Below are positions 21,813 through 30,568 of a stretch of 64,000 nucleotides of DNA, piece after piece. The stretch is from an uncultured Candidatus Rokubacteria bacterium (lineage in GTDB: Bacteria; Methylomirabilota; Methylomirabilia; Rokubacteriales; DASRDR01), in assembly GCA_963708025.1 (NCBI GenBank), contig CAVPSB010000030.1, positions 1 to 64,000 on the forward strand, given 5' to 3'. Numbering within the stretch: position 1 is the first letter of the stretch; every line of letters starts with the position of its first letter. The notes below the pieces were generated by a model. That model saw only the letters and a list, made by a program, of their open reading frames with translations. It had not been told where the DNA came from and made no database searches. The position numbers were made by a program, and so were the translations under genes.

Positions 21813-22420
21813 ATGCGCCGCCGCACCAGCTCGCCCAGCAGCTCGGGCTGGCTCTTGCGGTCGGCGTCCGGGGGCAGGTCCTTCCGGGAGAGCGGCGGGT
21901 GGTAGATGATCGTGATCCGACCGGGCCGCGGCAGGCGCCGCTGCGCCGGCCAGGCGGCAAAGGCGCCGGCGATCGTCACCGGAACGACCGGCGCGTCGGT
22001 CTGGAGCGCGATCCGGAAGGCACCGGCTCGAAACGGCAGGAGCCGCCCGTCGGTGGACCGCCCGCCCTCGGGAAAGATCACGAGCGGCTCCCCCGCCCGA
22101 AGGACGCGGATGGCGATGCGCACCGCCTGGCCGTCGGCGTCCTCCCCCCGCACCGGGAAGGCGCCGCACCAGCGGATCAGCGGGCCCAGCCCGGGCACCC
22201 GGAAGAAGGGCTCGAGCGTCATGTAGCGGAGCGGCCGGTGAATGGGGATGGTGAGCAGGACCGGGTCCATGTAGGAGGCGTGGTTCGGCACCAGCACGAC
22301 CGGCCCGGCGCCGGGGACGTGCTCGGCGCCGACGAAGCGGATTCGGAACAGGAGCCGAGCGAGCCCACGGACGAACGGCCGGGACAGCCTCAGCAGCCAC
22401 CACAGGGGCACGCGACGCAC
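21767..22420 (-). CDS. plsC: 1-acyl-sn-glycerol-3-phosphate acyltransferase family
   Basis: NHASYMD (HX4D) and FPEGGRS motifs. Confidence 0.85.
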   Translation of the reverse strand: MRRVPLWWLLRLSRPFVRGLARLLFRIRFVGAEHVPGAGPVVLVPNHASYMDPVLLTIPIHRPLRYMTLEPFFRVPGLGPLIRWCGAFPVRGEDADGQAVRIAIRVLRAGEPLVIFPEGGRSTDGRLLPFRAGAFRIALQTDAPVVPVTIAGAFAAWPAQRRLPRPGRITIIYHPPLSRKDLPPDADRKSQPELLGELVRRRIQDALPRDGETSATS

Positions 22421-22449
22421 GGTTGCATCTTGACACGTTCCGGCGAGCG

Positions 22450-23205
22450 ATGACAATTCTCGGTCCCGGCGGGAGCCCGGCCGGCCGGCCGCTCGTGGTC
22501 GCCCACCGCGGGGCGTCCACGGCCGCGCCCGAGCACACCATCCCGGCCTACGAGGCGGCCATCGCCGCCGGTGCCGACGCGCTGGAGCTGGACGTCCACC
22601 TCTCGGCCGACGACCAGCTCGTCGTCATCCACGACGCCGGGCTCGAGCGCACCACCGACGGGCGCGGGGCCGTGCGCGAGCACACGGTCCGCGAGCTGAA
22701 GCGGCTGGACGCCGGCGGCTGGTTCGGCCGGCGGTTCCGCGGTCAGCGCATCCAGACCCTCCCGGAGGTCCTCGAGCGGTTCCGGGACCGGGTCGGCTTC
22801 GGGATCGAGCTGAAGGCCGGCTCCGACCTCTACCCGGGGATCGAGGAGCGATTGCTGACGCTGCTCCAGCTCTACGACGTCCTCGACCGCGTGCTGGTGG
22901 CCTCCTTCGACCACCACGCCTTGAGAAAGTGCCGGGACCTCGATCCCGACGTCCGCACCGGCGCGCTCGTGGTCGGCCGGCTCCTGGCCCCGGCCGGGCT
23001 GGCGCCGGCCGGGATCCTGAACGCGCTCTGCCTTCCCGCCGAGCTGACGACGGCCCGCGACGCCGCGGCGACCCGGGAGGCCGGGCTCGATTGCTACGTC
23101 TGGGTGGTGAACGACCCGGCCGCCGCCCGGCGCTTCGCCGAGTGGGGCGTGGCCGGGATCATCACCGACCGCCCGGACCTGGTGCGACCGGTCCTCGATC
23201 AGTAG
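22450..23205 (+). CDS. Glycerophosphodiester phosphodiesterase
   Basis: AHRGAS, PEHT, ELDVHLS, VIHD, IELK, GIITDRPD. Confidence 0.92.
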   Translation: MTILGPGGSPAGRPLVVAHRGASTAAPEHTIPAYEAAIAAGADALELDVHLSADDQLVVIHDAGLERTTDGRGAVREHTVRELKRLDAGGWFGRRFRGQRIQTLPEVLERFRDRVGFGIELKAGSDLYPGIEERLLTLLQLYDVLDRVLVASFDHHALRKCRDLDPDVRTGALVVGRLLAPAGLAPAGILNALCLPAELTTARDAAATREAGLDCYVWVVNDPAAARRFAEWGVAGIITDRPDLVRPVLDQ

Positions 23206-23843
23206 ATCAGGCGGGACCAGACCGCCGCGTCCTGAAACCAGAGCAGCTCGGCCACCGTCCGGAACCCGCGACCGGTGAGCTCCGGCAGCAGGGCGAGCAG
23301 GAGGTCGCCGGCCGCCCGGGCATCACCCTCCGCCGTGTGACGCCCGACCACGGCGACGCCGAGCCGGGTGGCCAGGGTCTCCAGGTCGTCGTCGAGCCAG
23401 TCCGGGTGCAGGGCGGCGGCGAGACGGCGGGTGTCGAGGGCCGGGTTCGGCAGCCGCGGGCGCCCGTGAGCGGCGCGCGCCCGGTTGAGAACGGTCACGT
23501 CGAAGCCCACGTTGTGCCCGACGAGCACGTGAGCGCCCCAGACGCTCTCCAGCTCGGGCAGCACCCGGCCGATCGGCGGGGCTTCCCGCACCATCGCGTC
23601 GGTGACACCGTGAATCGCGGTGGCCGGCGCGGGGATCGCCTGGCCGGGATTGACGAGCGCCGCGTATCCCGGCTGCGGGCGGCCGCCGACGTACGGGATC
23701 GCCGCCACCGAGACGACGGCCGAGCGCCGGGGATCGAGGCCGGTCGTCTCCAGGTCGATGGCGACGAAACCGTGCTCGTGGAGGACCCCGATGCCCAGCC
23801 CATCCCGGGCCGGCCTCCCACGCCACGGCGAGAGCCAGTTCAC
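23199..23843 (-). CDS. DEDDh 3'-5' exonuclease (DNA Pol III epsilon-like)
   Basis: IDLETTG, GHNVGFD, HTAEGDA. Confidence 0.9.
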   Translation of the reverse strand: MNWLSPWRGRPARDGLGIGVLHEHGFVAIDLETTGLDPRRSAVVSVAAIPYVGGRPQPGYAALVNPGQAIPAPATAIHGVTDAMVREAPPIGRVLPELESVWGAHVLVGHNVGFDVTVLNRARAAHGRPRLPNPALDTRRLAAALHPDWLDDDLETLATRLGVAVVGRHTAEGDARAAGDLLLALLPELTGRGFRTVAELLWFQDAAVWSRLIY

Positions 23844-23853
23844 GCCGCCCAGT

Positions 23854-25335
23854 CTACCCGGGGACGAAGTCCGTCGCGAAGCGCTCGCGGACGTCGGCCT
23901 GGACCCGGGCCACCGTCTTCAGGGCGTCGCGGAGCAGGACGGCCTCGGCGTGCGACAGCTCGGCCGGGTTGACGTGGTTGTCCACCGGCTGACCGGCGGC
24001 GGCCTGGCGGAGCTGGTGGACCAGGCGGATCCGCATGAGGAGCTGGTAGGCGTCGGTGATCTCGCGCGTCACCTCGTCGGTGTAGAGCCCCCGGGCGCCG
24101 GCGGCGCGGATCCGGTCGACCGTGTTGGTCTCCCCGAGGCCCGGCCTCGAGGGCGAAGAGGCGGGCGGCCCCGACGAGCTGGATCGCTCCCGCTCCCTTG
24201 ACGTCCACCGTGTCCTTGTGGGGCCCGCTCCGGTGCACGGCCACGTGGCCCGAGCAGCGTCAGCGGCACCCGGCGGTCGACGACGTCCCGGGCCAGCAGG
24301 GAGAGGAATGCGGGGCGAGCCGGCGCCTCCCGCCGAACCAGATCGAGGAGCCGCTCGGCCAGCTCGCCGGCACCGACGAGCGGGCGCAGGTCGAAGTGGA
24401 TGCAGGCGGCCAGCACCTCGGCGGCGTGGCGTCGTGGATCCAGCGGAGGAAGTAGCCGCGGCCCACACCGAGCACCGGCTGACACCAGCGGGGGTTGGAG
24501 GCCATCACCTCGCCGGGACACGGCGGGAACCGACCCGGACGAGCCCGCGGATCGCCTCGGCGGCGAAGCGGCCGTAGTACTCGGCGGTCGCCCCCGCCAG
24601 CTCGGGCGATGGCTCGGAGTAGACGAGGCCGTTGTCCTGGTCGGTTCGGAGGGTCTGCTCCCGCCGCGCCTCGCTCCCGAAGAGAAGCCAGCAGTAGGGG
24701 ACAGGGGGCGCGCCCGCTCCGCTCTCCTCGAGGGTGCTCGCCGCCAGCCCGAGCACGCGGATCACGATGCGGTCGTTCAGCTCCGAGACGATCTGCCCGA
24801 TGTCGTACGCGCTCCCCCCCTCGTCCACGAGGCGACGGACGAGCGCGGTCACCCGGCCGGCCAGCTCGGCGAGGCCGGGCAGCGACGCCGCCCGCGTGAT
24901 CTCGCGGGCCAGCGTCACCGGGTGCGTCGTCTGCAGGAGCAGGAAATCGTGGCTGGAGACCACCCCGGCCAGGCGCGCGGTCGTCCGTCACCACCAGGTG
25001 GTGGAGATCCCGGCGCGTCATCTCGAGGAGCGCCTCGAAGGCGAAGGCGCCCGGCCGGATGGTGACGACGGGGCCGACATGATGGCGCGGGCCGGCGTGC
25101 CGGCGGGCTCCCGGCCCTCGGCCACCACCTTCTGGCGGAGATCGCGGTCGGTGACGATTCCGACCGCAGCGCCGTCGTCGCCCACGATCACCACCGAGCC
25201 GACCTGCTCCCGCGACATGAGCCGGGCCAGCTCGAGGGCGCCGAGCTCGGCCGGGCAGGTCACCGGCGCGCGCTTCACGAGGTCGCGGACGCGATAGTGG
25301 AAGAGGGACAGCTCGCCCGGCCCCGCGTCCGCCAC
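23854..25335 (-). CDS. CBS + DUF294 putative nucleotidyltransferase protein, several frameshifts
   Basis: GIVTDRDLR (CBS), FGSEARREQTLRTDQDNGL, CPGEVMASNPRWCQP, C-terminal DUF294_C spread over successive frames. Confidence 0.85.
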
Positions 25336-25340
25336 GGCGC

Positions 25341-25772
25341 TCAGGCTCCGCCGGCTCGGACGCGGAGCACGACGGCGGCGCCCACGAGCAGCAGACCGCC
25401 GGCGACGTTCACGACCACCGCCAGGGCGAGCGTGATCAGGAGGAGCGCCATGGCCGGCGCCAGGGGGAGGATGTCCGGTCCGACGCCGGGCGGGAACATC
25501 GCCTCGAGCCCGAACAGCGGCAGCAGGAGCAGGATCGGCGCGCCGATCAGCACGGCGACGAGACCGATGGCCACGCGACCCAGCCGCCGGATCGGATCGA
25601 GACCGCGCCCCTGCCGCCCCTCGACGGGAGCCACAGCGCCGTCAGGAGGGCGAAGAGCACGGCGAGGTCGACGCAGGAACGTGCCCTGGGAGAGAAGCCG
25701 GGCCCCCGCCACGCCGTAGAGGGCGCCGAAGGCGAGGACAATGAGTAGGTTGGTAGCGGCGAGGGCGAGCAC
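25341..25772 (-). CDS. Hypothetical membrane protein
   Basis: Three hydrophobic segments; co-oriented within the operon. Confidence 0.55.
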   Translation of the reverse strand: MLALAATNLLIVLAFGALYGVAGARLLSQGTFLRRPRRALRPPDGAVAPVEGRQGRGLDPIRRLGRVAIGLVAVLIGAPILLLLPLFGLEAMFPPGVGPDILPLAPAMALLLITLALAVVVNVAGGLLLVGAAVVLRVRAGGA

Positions 25773-25781
25773 GCGCTCAGC

Positions 25782-26068
25782 CTAGGCTGATTCCACCCAT
25801 CCGGGCAAGCGCCATCCGGGTCGCGATCCAGACGGCGACCAGCAGGATCAGCGTGACGAGGCGAACGCGAGGCTCCGGGCGTCGCCGCAGGAAGCAGGAC
25901 GCGCGCCGGCCACGTCAACGGCCCGGTGACGACCGAGAAGAACCAGAGGACGCGGCTGTCCGCCCTCTGAACGAATCGGGCGACGACCATGTGAAGAGCG
26001 AGATAGATGGCGGACATGTAGGCGAGGAACCAGACCATGAAGAGCAAACGGTAGAGAAGCTCGTGCAT
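25782..26068 (-). CDS. Small membrane protein (YggT-like), 3' end frameshifted
   Basis: MHELLYRLLFMVWFLAYMSAIYLALHMVVARF...WFFSVVTGPLTWPAR. Confidence 0.6.
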
Positions 26069-26121
26069 CGGGCAGCGTCGGCGGGCGGGTCCGCGCGGAT
26101 CCCGCCCGCCACGAGGAAGTG

Positions 26122-28053
26122 TCAGTGGGCCGGAGCTTCGCGCATGTCCCGGCCGAGCGGATCGCCCTTCTGGGACTGGCCGGACTTGGGGTACCGGACG
26201 CTGGCGACGAGGTCCTGCACCGCCTGGGGAGGCGCCGCCGTGACCAGCGACACGATCCAGATCACCAGGAAGCCGACCGGCAGTCCGAAGATCGCCGAGG
26301 CGATCGTCTGGGTGCCGAGCCACGACACGCCGTAGAAGCGGCTGCCGATCAGGTAGTACGTGGTCACCCCCAGCCCGGCGATCATGCCCGCGACCGCGCC
26401 CGGCTTGTTGGCGCGCTTCCACCAGATGCCCATGACGAGCGCCGGGAAGAACGACGCGCCGGCCAGGCTGAAGGCCCACGCCACGAGCTCGGCGATGACG
26501 GCGAACCGGAACGTCGCCACCCACGCGGCGATGAGCGCGGTCACGACCAGCAGGATCTTCGTGATGGTGAGCCGCCTGGTCAGCGAGGCGGTCCGGTCGA
26601 TGACGTTGTAGTACAGGTCGTGCGAGATCGCGTTGGCGATCGTCAGGAGAAGGCCGTCCGCCGTGGAGAGCGCGGCGGCGAGCCCGCCCGCCATGACGAG
26701 CCCGGTGATGACGAACGGCAGCCCGGCCACCTCGGGCATCGACAGCACGACGAAGTCCGTGCTCCGGATGACGAAGTCGGCCCACTGGACGATGCCGTCG
26801 CCGTTCTTGTCGACCACCGAGAACAGCCCGGCGGGCTGCCAGAACTTGACCCAGCCCGGCAGGTCGGTGATCTTGGCGCCGACGAGCCGGGTGAACACGG
26901 CGAAGCGCGCGAAGGCGGCGTACGCCGGCGCCGTGAAGTAGAGGAGGAAGATGAAGAACAGGGACCACCCGACCGATGTCCGCGCCTGCCGCACCGACGG
27001 CGTGGTGTAGTACCGGGTGAGGATGTGCGGCAGGCCGGCGGTGCCGACCATCAGGCAGAAGGTGAGCGCCAGGAAGTTCCACATCGCCACGCCCTGTGGC
27101 GCGTTGAGCGTGTTGCCGAACTTGGCGGTCTCACTCGCCGCCAGCGGCCGCGCCTGGACGAGCGCCTGGGTGCGCTGGGCCGTCAGCTTCGCCTCGTCGG
27201 CGGCCGAGAGCCCGCCCGCCTTGAGCTTGGCGGTCGCCTCGTCCGCCTCCTTCTTCCAGAGCGCCCGGGTCTCCTTCTCGACGGGGTCGGCGGTGATGCG
27301 GAGCTCCGTGGCGTTGTTCCGCTGGAGGAGCTGGCCGTACATCAGCTCGGGGAGAGGGACGCTGAAGATCGTCCAGGACAGATAGACCACCGGCACCAGG
27401 TACGAGATGATGAGGATGATGTACTGGGCGACCTGGGTCCAGGTGACCGACCTCATCCCACCCAGCACCGAGCAGAACAGCACGCCGGCCAGGCCGATGT
27501 AGACGCCGTAGTCGTAGGGAATCTGGATGAAGCGCGCCACGATGAGGCCGACGCCGGTGACCTGGGCCACCAGGTACGTGAACGAGCACACGATGGCGGC
27601 GACGACGCCGACGATGCGGGCGGCGTCCCCGCCGTACCGCGCCCCGAGGAAGTCGGGGATCGTGTAAGCGCCGAACTGGCGGAGATACGGACCGAGGAAG
27701 ACTGCCAGCAGCAGGTAGCCTCCGGTCCACCCCATCACGTACCCGAGACCGAAGTACCCCTGCGCCGAGATCAGCCCCGCCATGGAGATGAAGGAGGCGG
27801 CCGACATCCAGTCGGAGCCGGTGGCCATGCCGTTGTACACGGCGGGCACGCCACGTCCCGCCACGTAGTACTGGTCGGGGTTCGACGTCCGCGTGAGGAT
27901 GCCGATGAAGACGTAGATGGCAAGCGACAGGGCCATGAAGATCCAGCCGATCCACGTCGGGGTCAAGCCGAGAAAGGCCTCGGCGATGCCGATCAGGATC
28001 GTGACGCCGAGGAACCCGATGGTGTAGAGGCCGAAGATCTTGTCGAGGCTCAT
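26122..28053 (-). CDS. actP: Sodium:solute symporter, ActP-like cation/acetate symporter
   Basis: YYVAGRGV, SDWMSAASF, GTAGLPHILTRYYT, AAALSTADGLLL; about 13 TM segments. Confidence 0.88.
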   Translation of the reverse strand: MSLDKIFGLYTIGFLGVTILIGIAEAFLGLTPTWIGWIFMALSLAIYVFIGILTRTSNPDQYYVAGRGVPAVYNGMATGSDWMSAASFISMAGLISAQGYFGLGYVMGWTGGYLLLAVFLGPYLRQFGAYTIPDFLGARYGGDAARIVGVVAAIVCSFTYLVAQVTGVGLIVARFIQIPYDYGVYIGLAGVLFCSVLGGMRSVTWTQVAQYIILIISYLVPVVYLSWTIFSVPLPELMYGQLLQRNNATELRITADPVEKETRALWKKEADEATAKLKAGGLSAADEAKLTAQRTQALVQARPLAASETAKFGNTLNAPQGVAMWNFLALTFCLMVGTAGLPHILTRYYTTPSVRQARTSVGWSLFFIFLLYFTAPAYAAFARFAVFTRLVGAKITDLPGWVKFWQPAGLFSVVDKNGDGIVQWADFVIRSTDFVVLSMPEVAGLPFVITGLVMAGGLAAALSTADGLLLTIANAISHDLYYNVIDRTASLTRRLTITKILLVVTALIAAWVATFRFAVIAELVAWAFSLAGASFFPALVMGIWWKRANKPGAVAGMIAGLGVTTYYLIGSRFYGVSWLGTQTIASAIFGLPVGFLVIWIVSLVTAAPPQAVQDLVASVRYPKSGQSQKGDPLGRDMREAPAH

Positions 28054-28060
28054 GGTGTCC

Positions 28061-28330
28061 CTAGCCCTCCTCGCGGATGCCGTACTCGAGGTCCTTCTTG
28101 TTCATCAGGTAGGCGTACACCGCGATCTCGACCACGAAGATCGCCAGCGAGCCCTGGGCTGCCATGTAGTACCCGAGCGGGAAGCCGAGGAACGTCGCGT
28201 GGTTGAGCCACTCGCCCATGAGCCCGGCGACGACGTACGTCACCACGAACCAGATCACCAGAAGGATCGTGGTGAGTCGAATGTTGTACCGCCAGTACTC
28301 CTGCTTTTGCTGTTCGGTCAGGTCAGCCAT
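28061..28330 (-). CDS. DUF4212 small symporter-associated membrane protein
   Basis: EYWRYNIRLT...GFPLGYYMAAQGS...MNKKDLEYG, directly upstream of the ActP-like gene. Confidence 0.88.
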   Translation of the reverse strand: MADLTEQQKQEYWRYNIRLTTILLVIWFVVTYVVAGLMGEWLNHATFLGFPLGYYMAAQGSLAIFVVEIAVYAYLMNKKDLEYGIREEG

Positions 28331-28428
28331 GTCGCCCTCCGCATTCACGGTCGCGTCTCGATGCCCGGCGCCGAGCGCGTGGACACAGTCCACCGCCGGA
28401 GCGAACCTGGAGGCGGGCGGAAGACGGG

Positions 28429-28744
28429 CTAGTGGTCTTCGCTCGACGTGGCGGGGAGGTCGGTCGCCGTGGCCTGGGCTTGGCGGACGTCGAACGAGCC
28501 AGTCGGTCGGGACGCGCCGGGCCGGCCCGGGCCGGTTCGCCAGCCGGATCCCGCCATGCAGGTGGGCATCCGGCCTCGCTGGAGGCGAGACGGCGACGAC
28601 CGGCGCCGTGCCGTGGTTCCGGTGGATCGGCACCCCGTCGATCGACTCGTCGGCGCCGAAGTTCACCGCCCCCGGCATGAGCGGGTTGCCGAAGTCCAGG
28701 ACCACGTAGACGAGGAGGAGGAGGATCGGCAGCCGAGGCCGCAT
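28429..28744 (-). CDS. Small exported hypothetical protein (frameshift near the 3' end)
   Basis: MRPRLPILLLLVYVVLDFGNPLMPGAVNF...; ends EDH-stop in another frame. Confidence 0.5.
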
Positions 28745-28760
28745 CGGATCTTGAACACGC

Positions 28761-28777
28761 GGGCACGAATCGTGCCA
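28761..28777 (-). promoter_or_regulatory. Sigma54 (-24/-12) promoter candidate for the DUF4212-actP operon
   Basis: TGGCACGATTCGTGC (GG-N10-GC) on the minus strand, 17 nt upstream of ATG 28744; sigma54 activator gene adjacent. Confidence 0.6.
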
Positions 28778-29085
28778 CTGTTCCGGCGGTGACAAGCCCT
28801 CGATATCACTGATCCAGCGCTCGGTCAGCGACCGCAGTATGCGGTACAAACACCATGGCACCTGGGTATTACTACCGCAAGCTCGCGCTCGGGTCGTTAC
28901 CCCGTTGTCTCCCCCCTCCCTGATCTCAGGGGCCTTCGAGGGTGGCCTCCGGGGAGAGGCGTGTTCTTCACCGACGTCGGTGAAGCGTCGCGGTATCGGC
29001 ACCCGGCCGAGTGCGGTAGCCGTACCGCATCTCCCGCCGCGCCCTGGTTTCTCCCCACGCGCGGGTACGGCCTCACGGCCAGGGT

Positions 29086-29159
29086 GTTCCACTTCGAGCC
29101 GCGGCTTCGCCGCGGCCTCCGAGGGGGAGGTCTCGGGGGGTCTCCGAAGACCCCCCCGA
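29086..29159. repeat. 74-bp REP-like double-hairpin repeat, copy 1
   Basis: Near-identical to 34773-34846; hairpins GCCGCGGCTTCGCCGCGGC and TCGGGGGGTCT..AGACCCCCCCGA. Confidence 0.8.
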
Positions 29160-29164
29160 CGTTC

Positions 29165-30568
29165 TCAGGCGGGGTCGGGCGGGGGCTCTCCGGCGGCGGC
29201 GCGGGAGCGGAGGCCGTAGCGCACCATCTTCTCCCAGAGGTTCTTGTTGTCCATGTCGGCGTGGCGGGCCGCCGCGGTGAGCTTGCCGCCGTGGAGGGCC
29301 AGCACGCCGGTCAGATAGGCCCGCTCGAACTCCTCGACCACCCGGGCCTTGGCCTCGCGGAAGGGCAGCGTCAGGTCGACCGTCGCGCGGTTCTCCCCGC
29401 CGGTGCCGAGGAAGGGGCCGACGTCTCCGATCTGCTCCTCGCGGGCGACGATGACGGCGCGCTCGATGACGTTCTCCAGCTCCCGGACGTTGCCCGGCCA
29501 CGGGTAGCGCAACGAGGGCCTGCAGGGCCGCCGGGGCGAAGCCCCGCACGCGTCTTCTTGCAGCGCCGGGCGCTCTCGGCCAGGAAGTGGGCGGCCAGCA
29601 CCGGGATGTCCTCCGGGCGCTCGCGCAAGCGGCGGCACCCGGACCGGGAGGACGGACAGCCGGTAGAAGAGGTCCCGGCGGAAGGTGCCCCGCTCGACCG
29701 CGTCCCGGAGATCGCGATTCGTCGTCGCGATGAACCGGACGTCGATGTCAACCGTCCGCTCGGCGCCGATCGGGCTGATCTTCCGCTCCTCGATCGCCCG
29801 CAGCAGCTTGGACTGGAGGGCGAGCGGCATCTCGCCGATCTCGTCCAGGAGGAGGGTGCCGCCGGTGGCGAGCTGGAAGTGGCCGCGCCGCGTCTCGGCG
29901 GCGCCGGTGAAGGCGCCCCGGCGATGGCCGAACAGCTCCGACTCGAACAGCTCCTCCGGGATCGCCGCGCAGTTGACGGCCACGAAGGCCTTGTCCCGCC
30001 GGGGCCCGGAGAAGTGGAGCGAGCGGGCCAGCAGCTCCTTCCCGACGCCGGTCTCGCCGTAGATCAGGACCGTCGTGTCGAGGGCGGCCACCTCCCGGAG
30101 GAGATGGACCAGCTCCAGCATCCGGGGACTCCGCGCCACCAGGTTGTTCAGCGTGAACCGCTCCTCGTTGCGCCGCAGCGACAGCCGGCTCTGGACCTTC
30201 AGCTCCTGGAACTCCAGCGCCCGCCGCAGCACGACCAGGATCTCGTCCGACTCGAAGGGCTTGACCAGGTAGTCCTCGGCGCCGAGCCGGGTCGCCTCCA
30301 CCGCGGCGCCGATCGTGCCGTAGGCCGTCATCACCACGACCCCGACCTCGGGGTGCTCGGCCTTGAGTCGCCGGACCAGTGCCACCCCGTCCATCCCGGG
30401 CAGCCGCTGGTCGGTCAGCGCCAGGTCGACGTCCTCTCCCTTGAGGAGGTCGAGCGCCTCTTCCCCGCTCCCCGCGGTCAGGACCTCGAAGCCGCCCAGC
30501 TCCAGCGCCCGCCGGAGTGGGCGCAGGAACACGTCGTCATCCTCGACGATCAGCACTCGCCGCTTCAT
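29165..30568 (-). CDS. NtrC-family sigma54-dependent response regulator; compensating frameshifts near 29520-29630
   Basis: Receiver domain (EDDD, TDQRLPG, KPF), GETGVGKE, GAFTGA, LDEIGEM, FRRDLFYRL, WPGNVRELEN, C-terminal HTH. Confidence 0.92.
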   Translation of the reverse strand: MKRRVLIVEDDDVFLRPLRRALELGGFEVLTAGSGEEALDLLKGEDVDLALTDQRLPGMDGVALVRRLKAEHPEVGVVVMTAYGTIGAAVEATRLGAEDYLVKPFESDEILVVLRRALEFQELKVQSRLSLRRNEERFTLNNLVARSPRMLELVHLLREVAALDTTVLIYGETGVGKELLARSLHFSGPRRDKAFVAVNCAAIPEELFESELFGHRRGAFTGAAETRRGHFQLATGGTLLLDEIGEMPLALQSKLLRAIEERKISPIGAERTVDIDVRFIATTNRDLRDAVERGTFRRDLFYRLSVLPVRVPPLARAPGGHPGAGRPLPGRERPALQEDACGASPRRPCRPSLRYPWPGNVRELENVIERAVIVAREEQIGDVGPFLGTGGENRATVDLTLPFREAKARVVEEFERAYLTGVLALHGGKLTAAARHADMDNKNLWEKMVRYGLRSRAAAGEPPPDPA